Shown here: positions 19,610-29,477 of the stretch, one piece after another
How positions within the stretch are numbered: position 1 is the first letter of the stretch
Layout: the number at the start of each line of letters is the position of its first letter
From: Bacteroidales bacterium
Lineage (GTDB): Bacteria; Bacteroidota; Bacteroidia; Bacteroidales; VadinHA17
Assembly: GCA_041303415.1 (NCBI GenBank)
Contig: JBFYPG010000100.1
Span: 3,825-67,824 of the forward strand
Direction: 5' to 3'
Length of the DNA stretch: 64,000 bases
Notes under the pieces: model-generated
What the model was told of the DNA's origin: nothing
The model's input: only the letters and a program-made list of their open reading frames with translations
The model's database searches: none
Translations under genes and position numbers: made by a program

Positions 19610-20641
19610 ATGAAAGTCATTACATTCGGAGAGATAATGCTTCGCCTGGCAACGCCTGGGCATCAGAGGATATCGCAGGTGACTTCCTACTGCGCTTCAT
19701 TTGGTGGAGGGGAGGCCAACGTGGCTGTTTCACTGGCCAATTTCGGATTGCATGCAGAATTCGTAACCCGCCTTCCACAGAACGACCTGGGTGATTCAGT
19801 GATCATGGAACTAAGGAAGCACAATGTCGGAACAAACCATATACTAAGAGGCGGAGAAAGACTTGGCATATATTTCCTCGAAACAGGCTCAGTGTCGCGG
19901 CCAGGCAAAGTCATTTATGACAGGGCTAATTCTGCAATTGCCGAAATCAAACCCGGAATGATCAGCTGGGAAGAGATATTCAGGGAAACCCAATGGTTCC
20001 ACTGGACCGGTATTACTCCGGCTATCTCAGAAGGAGCGGCCGCAGTATGTCTTGAGGCTGTGAAGGCAGCGAGAAAGAGCGGGATAATCATCTCATGTGA
20101 CCTTAATTTCAGAAAGAATCTTTGGAAATGGGGCAAAACGGCATCAGAAGTGATGCCAGAACTGGTGAAGGAGTGCGATATTATCCTTGGCAACGAAGAG
20201 GATGCAGATAAGGTGTTCGGGATCAAACCCGAAGGAGCCGATGTGTTCAGGGGCGAAGTCAGGGGAACAAGCTACGAATCTGTATGCAAAAAGCTGAAAG
20301 CCAGATTTCCGCAGGCAAAAAAAATAATAATAACCCTCAGGGGATCGGTTAGCGCCGACCACAATTCATGGTCAGGCGTGCTCTATGACGGCAGGAAGCT
20401 TTACGAGGCCCCGGTATACCAGATAACGCATATTATTGACAGGGTGGGAGGGGGCGACTCTTTCATGGCAGGCATCATTTACGGCATGCTCGCATTCCCT
20501 GATAATGACCAGAAGACCCTCGATTTTGCGGTTGCCGCTTCATGCCTGAAACACACAATACACGGTGATTTCAATCTCGTAACTGTCGGTGAGGTCGAAC
20601 AACTGATGAAAGGTGATAAATCGGGCCGGGTAATGCGCTGA
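19610..20641 (+). CDS. kdgK: 2-dehydro-3-deoxygluconokinase
   Basis: 343 aa PfkB kinase: MKVITFGEIMLRL, GGGEANVAVSLANFG, DRVGGGDSFMAGIIYG, the KdgK-type pattern. Confidence 0.8.
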   Translation: MKVITFGEIMLRLATPGHQRISQVTSYCASFGGGEANVAVSLANFGLHAEFVTRLPQNDLGDSVIMELRKHNVGTNHILRGGERLGIYFLETGSVSRPGKVIYDRANSAIAEIKPGMISWEEIFRETQWFHWTGITPAISEGAAAVCLEAVKAARKSGIIISCDLNFRKNLWKWGKTASEVMPELVKECDIILGNEEDADKVFGIKPEGADVFRGEVRGTSYESVCKKLKARFPQAKKIIITLRGSVSADHNSWSGVLYDGRKLYEAPVYQITHIIDRVGGGDSFMAGIIYGMLAFPDNDQKTLDFAVAASCLKHTIHGDFNLVTVGEVEQLMKGDKSGRVMR

Positions 20642-20668
20642 TTTTATTTATCAAAAACCTGATATTCA

Positions 20669-21856
20669 ATGAAAAAGACAATTATTATTACAATATGCCT
20701 GTCGATGATCATCTTATCATCATGCAGGAAAGAAAAAGACATGAAAGAGATCATCGACGAATCATTCCTTGCGGGACTAAGGCAATACAGCCTGCTGGCT
20801 GAGGTTATGAAAGAGAAGCCTGATCTTCTGCCCAGGACGATCGATGAGAATGGCAACCTGGTAACCGCCGGCTCCGGATGGTGGACATCAGGGTTCTTCC
20901 CGGGAAGCCTCTGGCTTATATATGAATATTCAGGTGATGAAAAGATAAAGGAGTTAGCCATACAGATGACTTCCCGGGTGGAAAAGGAGAAGAACAACAC
21001 CGGAACACATGATCTCGGGTTCATGATGTATAACAGCTTCGGCAACGGATTGAGGCTGACCGGCGAAGAGAGTTATGAGGAGGTTCTGCTGACATCGGCA
21101 AGGTCGCTCTCAACCCGGTTCAGACCTAATATCGGATGTATCCAGTCATGGGGAAGCAACTCAAAGTGGCAGTGCCCCGTGATAATTGATAATATGATGA
21201 ACCTCGAACTGCTCATGTATGCTTTCAGCGTAACAGGCGACTCCTCGTTTTACAATATATGCATCAGCCATTCCGATACGACCATTAAAAATCATTACAG
21301 GCCTGATTACAGCTCCTGGCATGTTGTTTCATATGATACGATTACCGGTGGGATACAGGTGAAGCAGACCCACCAGGGTGCTGCTGACGGGTCAGCATGG
21401 TCGCGCGGCCAGGTGTGGGGGCTTTACGGGTATGTAACGATGTACAGGGAGACAAAGCTTCAGAGATATCTCGACCATGCGATTCATATAGCTGATTTCC
21501 TGATAAGCCATCCGAATATGCCGGATGACGGGATACCATACTGGGATTTCGATGCTCCCGGCATACCTGACGCCAGGCGCGATGCATCGGCAGGAGCGAT
21601 AATGGCATCAGCACTTATCGATCTGTGCCGGTTCACGGATGAGGAAACAGCGAAGAAATATCTTGATTTCGCAGAGAAGCAGCTAAGAAGCCTTGCTTCT
21701 GATGAGTACCTGGCTAAAGAGGGAGAGAACGGATTTTTTATTCTGAAGCACGGCGTTGGACATCTTCCCGGTAACAGTGAAGTTGATGTACCGCTTACAT
21801 ATGCAGATTATTATTTTCTTGAAGGTCTGCTCAGATACCGGTATTTTACCGATTAA
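20669..21856 (+). CDS. Lipoprotein glycoside hydrolase family 88 (unsaturated glucuronyl hydrolase-like)
   Basis: Lipobox ILSSC. GWWTSGFFPGSLWLIYEYSGD and WSRGQVWGLYG motifs typical of GH88. 27 nt after kdgK. Confidence 0.8.
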   Translation: MKKTIIITICLSMIILSSCRKEKDMKEIIDESFLAGLRQYSLLAEVMKEKPDLLPRTIDENGNLVTAGSGWWTSGFFPGSLWLIYEYSGDEKIKELAIQMTSRVEKEKNNTGTHDLGFMMYNSFGNGLRLTGEESYEEVLLTSARSLSTRFRPNIGCIQSWGSNSKWQCPVIIDNMMNLELLMYAFSVTGDSSFYNICISHSDTTIKNHYRPDYSSWHVVSYDTITGGIQVKQTHQGAADGSAWSRGQVWGLYGYVTMYRETKLQRYLDHAIHIADFLISHPNMPDDGIPYWDFDAPGIPDARRDASAGAIMASALIDLCRFTDEETAKKYLDFAEKQLRSLASDEYLAKEGENGFFILKHGVGHLPGNSEVDVPLTYADYYFLEGLLRYRYFTD

Positions 21857-22887
21857 AGATCTATCATCGCTTTCATGACACCGTCACGGTAGGCGGCAAC
21901 AAGATCGAAAGCCTCCCTGGTTTTATTAAAAGGAAAACGGTGGGTTATCATGTTGTCACTATTGATCTTCCCTGACTGCATCAGATCAAGGGCTTTTTCC
22001 ACGCAGTCAACTTCGCGCCTTACAAAGAAGACAGATATCTCTTTTCTCCGGGTATCATCAACACTCAATGTCCATTTCTCCGTTTCGGGGATGCCCACAA
22101 TTATGAGCCTGCCGCCCGGCTTCAGCATCTGCACTGCCTGGTCAAGAGCCTCCTGCTGGCCGCAGCACTCGAAAACTATATCCAGCCCCGGAGGCACTTT
22201 ACTTCTGATCTGTTCCGTGATTTTATCCCTCAGGGGATTGCCGGTATACGCTGCACCCTCCCTGTCCGCTATCTTAAGACGGTCATCTATCTTGTCTGTA
22301 ACAAAAATGTTGTGAGCACCAGCTGCCATGGCTGCCAGGTAAACGCTCAAACCAATCGGACCAAATCCCAGTATGGCGATCCGTGAATTTTTAAGATCAC
22401 CGGCATGTGTTAATGAATATATTCCGATAGAGAGGGGTTCAGAAAGAGAACCATGATCAGCATTAAGGCCTGCAGGTAAGGGGTAGCAGCACTCTTCAGG
22501 CATAACAATAAACTCTGAAAGACACCCTTCAGCCTGTCCGGGGCACCCCAGGAACCTTAACCTGCGGCAGGTATGTTGCCTTCCGGCAAGACACTGATCG
22601 CATTCATGGCAGGAGATTGCCGGCTCTATCGCAACGACATCGCCCGGCTTCACCCTCTTTACCGAAGAGCCTGTCTCAACCACAACGCCCGCGCCCTCAT
22701 GCCCGACCGTAAAAGGATAATTTACAACCTGTGAACCTATTTTCCCCTTTGTGTAATAGTGTATATCCGATCCGCAGACACCTATAACTGTCATCCTTAT
22801 CTTAACATCCTTCGAATCCTTAATCACCGGGTCAGGTACCTCCATCATCTCCATCTGTCTGATCCCGGTCAGCATCATTGCCTTCAT
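21853..22887 (-). CDS. Zn-dependent alcohol/polyol dehydrogenase (MDR family, sorbitol/threonine dehydrogenase-like)
   Basis: Trimmed to ATG 22887 (the track start is TTG). GVCGSDIHYY, GHEGAGVV, structural-Zn cysteines CHECDQCLAGRQHTC, Rossmann ILGFGPIG. Confidence 0.8.
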   Translation of the reverse strand: MKAMMLTGIRQMEMMEVPDPVIKDSKDVKIRMTVIGVCGSDIHYYTKGKIGSQVVNYPFTVGHEGAGVVVETGSSVKRVKPGDVVAIEPAISCHECDQCLAGRQHTCRRLRFLGCPGQAEGCLSEFIVMPEECCYPLPAGLNADHGSLSEPLSIGIYSLTHAGDLKNSRIAILGFGPIGLSVYLAAMAAGAHNIFVTDKIDDRLKIADREGAAYTGNPLRDKITEQIRSKVPPGLDIVFECCGQQEALDQAVQMLKPGGRLIIVGIPETEKWTLSVDDTRRKEISVFFVRREVDCVEKALDLMQSGKINSDNMITHRFPFNKTREAFDLVAAYRDGVMKAMIDL

Positions 22888-22955
22888 TTCCTGTATTATT
22901 TTTAACAAATATAATGATATCTTTATGTTTATACTTTTTGTAAACTTTACCTGAC

Positions 22956-23879
22956 ATGAGAAAAATCTACGGTATCGGAGAGACTCTTCTTGATATAATC
23001 TTCAAGAATGATCAGCCGCAGGCGGCTAAGCCCGGCGGAGCAATGCTTAACAGCACAGTCTCCCTGGGGCGGATCGGCTTGCCCGTGAGTCTTATCAGCG
23101 AGTATGCCGATGATGATATCGGCAGGATGATCGACAGGTTTCTTCATGAGAACGGTGTGGGGACAGATCATGTTGACCACTACAGCGACGGCAGGACAGC
23201 GCTAGCCATTGCTCTCCTTAATGAGAAGAATGATGCCAGCTATACATTCTATAAGGATTATCCTTCCGAAAGGCTCAGGATGAGATTCCCGGATATAAGA
23301 AAGGATGACATTATACTCTGCGGTTCAATTTATGCCATTACGCCGGAGCTGAGAAATAAATTCACGGAATTTGTCAGTAGTTCAAAGGCAATGGGGGCCC
23401 TGGTAATCTATGACCCTAATTTCAGGATGGCCCATGCTTCGGAACTTGATCGGCTCAGACCCCTTATAATCGAAAACATGCAGATGGCCTCTCTTATCAG
23501 GGGGTCGGATGAAGATTTCAGGAATATCTTCGGAGCTGCTACCCCCGATGAGGCATGGAAGGTTGTAAGCAAATACAGCAATTGTGTGGTCTATACCGCC
23601 AATGCTGAAGGCGTATATGTGAGGACAACAGGTTTTTCCGGCAGATTCCCCGTAAAGTCGATTAAACCAATCAGCACGATAGGGGCCGGAGATAATTTCA
23701 ATGCAGGAATGATAGCAGCGATCTATAAAAACAATATTTCAACAGAAGACCTGGCCGCAATGGGAGAGGAGAAATGGTCAGAGGTTATCGGTACCGGTGT
23801 CGATTTCGCATCAGATGTATGCATGAGCTATGAGAATTATATTTCTCATGAATTCGCAAAGAAGATGATCCCCAAGTGA
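22956..23879 (+). CDS. PfkB-family sugar kinase (fructokinase-like)
   Basis: 307 aa. GGAMLNSTVSLGRIG and STIGAGDNFNAGMIAAI (PfkB signature). Confidence 0.75.
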   Translation: MRKIYGIGETLLDIIFKNDQPQAAKPGGAMLNSTVSLGRIGLPVSLISEYADDDIGRMIDRFLHENGVGTDHVDHYSDGRTALAIALLNEKNDASYTFYKDYPSERLRMRFPDIRKDDIILCGSIYAITPELRNKFTEFVSSSKAMGALVIYDPNFRMAHASELDRLRPLIIENMQMASLIRGSDEDFRNIFGAATPDEAWKVVSKYSNCVVYTANAEGVYVRTTGFSGRFPVKSIKPISTIGAGDNFNAGMIAAIYKNNISTEDLAAMGEEKWSEVIGTGVDFASDVCMSYENYISHEFAKKMIPK

Positions 23880-23915
23880 TTTCTGTGATATTGGTTTATT
23901 TAGTTTATGATCAAA

Positions 23916-23992
23916 AACCCCCTTTCTGATTTCCCCCAAGGGGGAAAAGTTCCACCGCTCCTTCCCCCTTGGGGGAAGGATGGGATAGGGGT
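23916..23992 (+). repeat. G5/C5 double-hairpin element, copy A (77 nt)
   Basis: AACCCCCTTTC..TTTCCCCCAAGGGGGAAA..CCTTCCCCCTTGGGGGAAGGATGGGATAGGGGT. Lies between convergent stops (23879 and 24024). Confidence 0.9.
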
Positions 23993-24023
23993 CATACGGA
24001 TAAAAAGAATAGAAAAGGAGAGA

Positions 24024-25286
24024 TCAAATAGGCTTTGCGTTCGCAAGCAGGCATTTTTCGGCCTCTACCGACCATATATAGTCGTTTTTTGAAACAATTT
24101 CGTGCAGTTTTTCGTATAATATATTATGGGCCCCCATTTCCCGCAGCTTATAAAGCGAAACCAGCGGCATTGAAATATTCGTATAGATAAGCTTTTTCCC
24201 TCCCGGTATCTGAGGAAGGTTCAGCAATGTGTCGACAACTGCATCCAGCCCCCCGATATGGGTAATCATCATTGCCGGGTTTATTCTCCTCTGGCTCATC
24301 AGTTTCAGCGATTCACGCATGTCATCTGTGTTTCCGCCTGAGGTGCCTGTTATATGCGTAAATGCATAATGCACGTTATAGAAATTGAATTCGGCTTTGA
24401 ATTCCGGGTTTGTGGGACCTGCGAAGAAGTTAAGGCATCCGTCAAATCCAAGGATAGCATCTGCCTGTTCAACAACCTGCTTTACCGGGGCAAAAACAAA
24501 AACGTCGTCATAACCGGTGCCTCCTGTCAGCTCCCGCAGGTGCTTAACAGGATCAGGTGTTTTTGAAGTGTTTACATATATCAGTCTGATCCCTTCCTTT
24601 GCGGCACTTTCCGGTGTGAAGAGGCAGGCAGCCCTTGAAAGGCGGCTGTCGTCAATATCCGTGACAACGATCATAGAAGGTTTTCTGTCGTGGTGAATGG
24701 CATAATCTATTGCCCCGAGACCCATTGGTCCGACACCTGCCAGGATCGCCATTTTGCCGCCCTGCCTTATGCCCATCTCATGCCTGTATGTCCCCGGAGG
24801 AACATGATAACTGGCATGAAATGCACCGACAATGCACGACATAGGTTCGGAAAGCGAAGCAGGGAAGAAACCTTCTCCGTCATAGGTGAGAAGGCAGTCG
24901 GCTTCCATTACTATGTCAGGTATAATAATATGCGTGGCATCTCCGCCAATATATCGGTACGAATATCCAGGGGCGTCCAGTGTTCCTGTATGAGCCATTG
25001 CCGGCTGGACAGTGAATTTCTGTTCCTCATGGAACTTGTGCTTCCATTTGCTGCCAACTTTAAGTATCACCCCGGCAAATTCGTGACCCAGAATAGTCGG
25101 ATTGATATGTACGTCATCCGGAACACGCTTATGATCGGCGCCCTGCAGGGCTGCTTTGTGCGACGACATGCAGATGCTGTCGGAGACAACCTTTGCAAGT
25201 ATCTCATTATCTTTCATCTCCGGAAGATCAAATTCCTCCAGCCTCAGATCTTTCTTTCCGTATATTCTTATAGCCTTGGTTTTCAT
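24024..25286 (-). CDS. Zn-dependent alcohol/sugar(-phosphate) dehydrogenase (MDR family)
   Basis: Trimmed to ATG 25286 (MKTKAIRIYGKKDLRLEEF). SDSICMSSHK, GHEFAGVI, Rossmann LAGVGPMGLG. The 37 upstream track codons read through intergenic repeat elements. Confidence 0.7.
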   Translation of the reverse strand: MKTKAIRIYGKKDLRLEEFDLPEMKDNEILAKVVSDSICMSSHKAALQGADHKRVPDDVHINPTILGHEFAGVILKVGSKWKHKFHEEQKFTVQPAMAHTGTLDAPGYSYRYIGGDATHIIIPDIVMEADCLLTYDGEGFFPASLSEPMSCIVGAFHASYHVPPGTYRHEMGIRQGGKMAILAGVGPMGLGAIDYAIHHDRKPSMIVVTDIDDSRLSRAACLFTPESAAKEGIRLIYVNTSKTPDPVKHLRELTGGTGYDDVFVFAPVKQVVEQADAILGFDGCLNFFAGPTNPEFKAEFNFYNVHYAFTHITGTSGGNTDDMRESLKLMSQRRINPAMMITHIGGLDAVVDTLLNLPQIPGGKKLIYTNISMPLVSLYKLREMGAHNILYEKLHEIVSKNDYIWSVEAEKCLLANAKPI

Positions 25287-25307
25287 TAAAGATATTTCTA
25301 ATATTTC

Positions 25308-25350
25308 TACAGTCACTGCGAGTCCCGAGTACTCGGGACGAAGCAATCTT
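25308..25350 (-). promoter_or_regulatory. Conserved-flank hairpin element, copy 1 (upstream of the Zn-ADH gene)
   Basis: The minus strand reads AAGATTGCTTC-GTCCCGAGTACTCGGGAC-TCGCAGTGACTGTA, 22 nt upstream of ATG 25286. Confidence 0.6.
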
Positions 25351-25384
25351 AAACCCACCCCAAGCCCCTCCCAGGAGGGGATTT

Positions 25385-25408
25385 GCCTGACGCCCAACGC
25401 CTGACGCC
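25385..25408. repeat. Short copy of the GCCTGAC word array
   Basis: GCCTGACGCCCAACGCCTGACGCC uses the same heptamer word as 12252-12353 and abuts the aldolase/SDR stop codon. Confidence 0.8.
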
Positions 25409-27381
25409 TAGCTAAGCATTACCTGTCCTCCTGTAACCGGAACTGCCTGGCCTGTTTCATATTCCTGGTCGATTATATAAAGCAGTGCCTTCATTACATC
25501 CTCAAGCCTGCATCCCCTCTTCATCGGCACCTGCTCCTCGTAATGCTTCCTGACGTCTTCTATTGTTTTTGCGCCCGGCACCTTGCCTGTATTCAGGTAC
25601 TGCACAAACAGCCCGTTCTGCGGATCGGACCAGAGAGGACCTTCATAGAAGTTGCCCGGGCAGATTGCATTGACCTTAATCCTGAATGGAGCCAGCTCCA
25701 TGGCAAAAGACTGGGTAAGCCCTATGCCTCCAAACTTGGCGCCCGCATATGCAAAATTGCGGTTGCTGCCCCGGAGACCCGACTTGGAGTTGATCTGGAT
25801 GATGTCGGTATAATACTCCGGCTTCTCTGCATTCTGCAGCTTCATCACCTCGGAAGCATATTTCACACAGTAATAATAACCGTTGTAATTAATGCCGGTT
25901 ACCATTGAAAACATATCCGGTTCCATTTCTTCAAGCGAACCGGCCTTAAGTATTCCGGCATTGCTGATCATGATGTCGAGTCCGCCGAACTCACTGACGC
26001 TCTTAACAATAAGCTCCTTGACCGAAGCCGGGTCCGATACATCGGTTCTGACGAAAAGAGCCTTTGCTGCAGGCTTGCCCTTCATCAGTGCGGCTGCAAG
26101 CTTATTTCCTGATTCTTCATTTACATCGGCAATGACCACATTCATATTCAGCCTGAACAGCGCTTCGGCAATGCCTGCACCGAAACCCTGTGAGCCTCCT
26201 GTAACAATTGCGATCTTTCCGGACAGTTTGCTTTCCCCGCTTCCCTGTTTTGCTACCTTCCTCCGGTAATTTTCCACTTCCCAGTTATCTATGAAAGCAA
26301 CCTGCTCCGGAGTAAGGAATTTTATTCCTCCGCACTGAAGGGCATAATGGCATATCCTGATATTATCTTCAAACACATCCAGCACTGTATCTGCTGCCGA
26401 ACAGGTATCATCCACTGCAAATACTCCCATATCCCTGATCACAATCACCTTCGGAGGATAACCGTATTCATTCAGAAAGCGCGGAAGCTGATTTCTGAAT
26501 GAATCGATGATCTTCTCCGCTGATGAGGAGTGTTCAATATAAAGAAACCGGGACTTGCAGTAAACAATGATATCAGGAATGAGGGGCAGGGATATCTTGT
26601 GAAACTCCTGCTGGTTTGAATAGTATTTTGAGATCAGGGTGTTATTACGGTGCCTGATCACTTTTGTCTTGTCATCTGAAAGCAAAATGCGGATAACCGG
26701 CAGAATCTTATGGAGCGTGGGATTATACTGAAGGTTTTCAGGATCTGAAACAGGCTTGATGTGCTTCTCGATTGCAGCCATCAGATCATCATAGATATTT
26801 CTGACCTCCGCCGTAGAATCTGCTCCCGCGAAAACCCCATGGTTCTCAAGAAGGATCACCTGAGGATCTTTAGAGTGTATGCTGCGGTATGCTATTATCT
26901 CTTTTTCCAGTTTTTTGAACAGAGTATATCCGGGATCGGTATATGTCACAAAAAGAACTTCGTCACCAAGGTACTGGCTTATGAGGTTCTTTGCACTTCT
27001 TGAGCAGAGCACTCCGTTTACCAGTGAAGGATGCAGGTGCACCACGAATTTCCATCTGATCATTTCATGCAGGGAGGTCTCTACCGACGGACGGTTTTTC
27101 TGAGCCGGATCGATAATACTACCGAAGAGGTCGTTCCTGACCTGCTCCTCCCTCCCGATGGGATCTTCGGAGTAGATCTTCGAGGCTATCACATGCAGCT
27201 TTTCCCGGCTCATTGCTACAAGCCCTTCTTCCGTAAGGGTGGCCAGCGGATATCCGCTTGCCTTCACCCAGATGGTGTTTTCATCCTTGAAAGAGGTATT
27301 GCCTCCTCCTGCGATCACATAATTTCTGTCAGCTCCATAGAACCGAGATATCTCTATCAGATCCTTAATCTCCTGGCTCAT
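25408..27381 (-). CDS. Bifunctional class II aldolase / short-chain dehydrogenase (RhaEW-type architecture)
   Basis: 657 aa. N-terminal half is aldolase-II-like (GGGNTS, HLHP, LLENHGVF). C-terminal half is an SDR (IVTGGSQGFGAGIA, YAGAKFGG). Confidence 0.8.
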   Translation of the reverse strand: MSQEIKDLIEISRFYGADRNYVIAGGGNTSFKDENTIWVKASGYPLATLTEEGLVAMSREKLHVIASKIYSEDPIGREEQVRNDLFGSIIDPAQKNRPSVETSLHEMIRWKFVVHLHPSLVNGVLCSRSAKNLISQYLGDEVLFVTYTDPGYTLFKKLEKEIIAYRSIHSKDPQVILLENHGVFAGADSTAEVRNIYDDLMAAIEKHIKPVSDPENLQYNPTLHKILPVIRILLSDDKTKVIRHRNNTLISKYYSNQQEFHKISLPLIPDIIVYCKSRFLYIEHSSSAEKIIDSFRNQLPRFLNEYGYPPKVIVIRDMGVFAVDDTCSAADTVLDVFEDNIRICHYALQCGGIKFLTPEQVAFIDNWEVENYRRKVAKQGSGESKLSGKIAIVTGGSQGFGAGIAEALFRLNMNVVIADVNEESGNKLAAALMKGKPAAKALFVRTDVSDPASVKELIVKSVSEFGGLDIMISNAGILKAGSLEEMEPDMFSMVTGINYNGYYYCVKYASEVMKLQNAEKPEYYTDIIQINSKSGLRGSNRNFAYAGAKFGGIGLTQSFAMELAPFRIKVNAICPGNFYEGPLWSDPQNGLFVQYLNTGKVPGAKTIEDVRKHYEEQVPMKRGCRLEDVMKALLYIIDQEYETGQAVPVTGGQVMLS

Positions 27382-28621
27382 AAATTTTTCTGTTTAAATA
27401 GTACTCAATTACAATTCTCCCGAGTATTGACAGGCTCTCCTTCTGCCTGATGCTCACTTTTCCGTCGTCAAGCACAAACCCCTGTCTTCTTTGAGACCGG
27501 AGGTACTGATGGGCCGCAATTACACAGGCGCCTTCCCAGGCAATTTTTTTCAATGTGTCGTCGAGCGGCACACCTCCCCTGGCTGAGACTGTAAGCGGTA
27601 TCAACTCCGGCGTATTGTGTTCTGTTCCGAAAATAATTACAAATCCTTTTTCATTAAAAAATTCCACAAAGTCCTTTAAGATAACAGGATCGTTGCGTCC
27701 GGGGATGAGTTCTATGCATCCTATTCCCAGTGAAGAGAGTGCTGAATATAACTTCTCACGATCGCTTTCAAACTCCGTGAATCTGCTGGCAGGATCATCA
27801 AGAAGTACCGGATAGCATGGGATGCCGCCGGCTTTTATTATTATTTTAATAATCTTTTCCAGTTCCATGAAGGAGCTCTCATCCTCCGGTACGAATGCAG
27901 TCCCGCCCGCTTTTAAGAGGTTTGAACGGATCTCATTCTCAAGGGCTGCAGGTATGGATATACCGGGTTTTGATTTCTTTCCTCCGTAAAGTTTCTCAAT
28001 GAATTCAAGCTGCTCATCAGGAGCGGAATAATTTTCCATGGCAAGCATCCGGACTGCTTTTGCGAGGTGCCTTTCGCGGACCAGCTCGCGGGCATACCTG
28101 TTCTTAACGCCTTCGTAAGTGATTTTAAGAGAGGGATTTACTTCTGTTATAAGATCATTGAGCCTGTCAACCATCATCCTTACCTGATTCTGGCTCTCTT
28201 TTCTTACTCTGGCAAGTTGCAGCTTATCCATCCATCCTGCCGAGAAAGGGTAATCGAGGCCTTTCCCGCAGAAATATATCCTGCCGGGGTTATTGGGATC
28301 GTTTATCCTGATGCCGGACTTCTGTTCGTTCTTCATCAGGCCGATGAATTCAATATTGAACAGCGGAAAGATATTGTTCCGGAGACATTCGGAATAGAAG
28401 ACGTCATAACCGTCGGTAACGTAGAAATCATTGATTCCCAGTACTGCTATCTCCTCATCTCTTGCCATTGAGAAAATGGTTCTGAGGCTTTCAAATGCAC
28501 TGAAGGAATAAGGTGTGTGAATATGTCCGTTGGCTTCCCTGAAGGCAGGTGCGGGGATGCCTTTCATTTTGCTTGCAAGCGCTTCAATGGAAGGGAAGCT
28601 GGAAAGAAGGTTTTTTGTCAT
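27365..28621 (-). CDS. Uncharacterised protein, possibly a PHP-like metal-dependent phosphoesterase
   Basis: Trimmed to ATG 28621. N-terminal GHIHTPYSFSAF resembles the PHP HxH motif; the rest is unassigned. Its 3' end overlaps the next gene by 17 nt. Confidence 0.4.
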   Translation of the reverse strand: MTKNLLSSFPSIEALASKMKGIPAPAFREANGHIHTPYSFSAFESLRTIFSMARDEEIAVLGINDFYVTDGYDVFYSECLRNNIFPLFNIEFIGLMKNEQKSGIRINDPNNPGRIYFCGKGLDYPFSAGWMDKLQLARVRKESQNQVRMMVDRLNDLITEVNPSLKITYEGVKNRYARELVRERHLAKAVRMLAMENYSAPDEQLEFIEKLYGGKKSKPGISIPAALENEIRSNLLKAGGTAFVPEDESSFMELEKIIKIIIKAGGIPCYPVLLDDPASRFTEFESDREKLYSALSSLGIGCIELIPGRNDPVILKDFVEFFNEKGFVIIFGTEHNTPELIPLTVSARGGVPLDDTLKKIAWEGACVIAAHQYLRSQRRQGFVLDDGKVSIRQKESLSILGRIVIEYYLNRKIYEPGD

Positions 28622-28658
28622 TAAATACGGTTTATTACTTTTCAAACCGGGTTTACTG

Positions 28659-29297
28659 TTACCTGAAAAGCCGGTCGATTTCCTTTATTCTTTCCGGTGT
28701 AAGCATGCTTTTCTTCCCTTTCATCTCAACAATCAGGGTCATCCTAGCTGCATTCTCGAGGACTTCCATCTTATCGAAAGCCCTGAGCAGGTCTCTCCCG
28801 GTTGTAAGTATCCCATGGTTCTCAAGCAGGAGGATATCAGAATCTGCAGCATTTTCCGAAACTATTTCCGCGAGTTCAGCGGATCCCATAAGGGCATATG
28901 GCACAAACTTCGGTTTCCCGCAGATTGCACGTGCTTCGGCTGTCAGGCTGGTGTTTATTTCGCATTTCATTGCAGTGAATGATGAGGCAAACACAGGGTG
29001 GGCATGAACAATGGCCGTGACATCTTTACTTTTTTTATAGATGTTGAGGTGAAGGGCATATTCGATCGATGGTTTAAGGTGCGGTGTGAGATTTTCACCG
29101 GGTATCGTCATAATGCCTACCTCTTTCCATCTCATCCGGCCTTTGTCGGTGGATGACGGCGTGATAAGGACTATATCATCAGAAACGCGAAGACTGATAT
29201 TGCCCCCTGAGGTTGTCGTAAGCCCGAGACGGTAGAGCCGCCTCATGAACAGGGCAACCTCTTTACGCTCTTTCTTGAATTTCTGAACCTTCTCCAT
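28659..29297 (-). CDS. Class II aldolase/adducin-family protein (fuculose-1-P aldolase / ribulose-5-P epimerase-like)
   Basis: 212 aa. GGNISLR, VHAHPVFASSF and LLLENHGILTTG are metal-binding and active-site motifs of the family. Confidence 0.8.
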   Translation of the reverse strand: MEKVQKFKKERKEVALFMRRLYRLGLTTTSGGNISLRVSDDIVLITPSSTDKGRMRWKEVGIMTIPGENLTPHLKPSIEYALHLNIYKKSKDVTAIVHAHPVFASSFTAMKCEINTSLTAEARAICGKPKFVPYALMGSAELAEIVSENAADSDILLLENHGILTTGRDLLRAFDKMEVLENAARMTLIVEMKGKKSMLTPERIKEIDRLFR

Positions 29298-29347
29298 TTA
29301 ATTCAATTTGAAATAAAAGTAATCATAAGACGGGAATCTAAAATATC

Positions 29348-29446
29348 AACCCCCTTTCCTGTTTCCCCCCGAGGCTTCGCTCGGGACAGGCTCAGGGGGG
29401 AAAGGCTGCTACTCCTGCCCACCTGGGGGAAGGTCGGGTAGGGGGT
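29348..29446 (+). repeat. G5/C5 double-hairpin element, copy B (99 nt, first hairpin extended)
   Basis: AACCCCCTTTCC..TTTCCCCCCGAGGCTTCGCTCGGGACAGGCTCAGGGGGGAAAGG..CTCCTGCCCACCTGGGGGAAGGTCGGGTAGGGGGT. Lies between the E1 stop and the aldolase start. Confidence 0.85.
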
Positions 29447-29477
29447 ATTTCTATTATAATGACACATCCCTTTATTA

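Noticed and set aside
21853-21856. Convergent GH88 and Zn-ADH genes sharing a TTAA at their stops; similar zero or 1-nt spacing at 8894/8895 and 54489/54491
   Set aside because: This reflects compact genome packing rather than a functional element. It is noted only because no terminator can fit there.
25287-25397. 37-codon N-terminal extension of track ORF 24024..25397
   Set aside because: It reads through hairpin and word repeats (GTCCCGAGTACTCGGGAC, CCCCTCCCAGGAGGGG). The MDR-family alignment begins at MKTKAIRIYG (ATG 25286).
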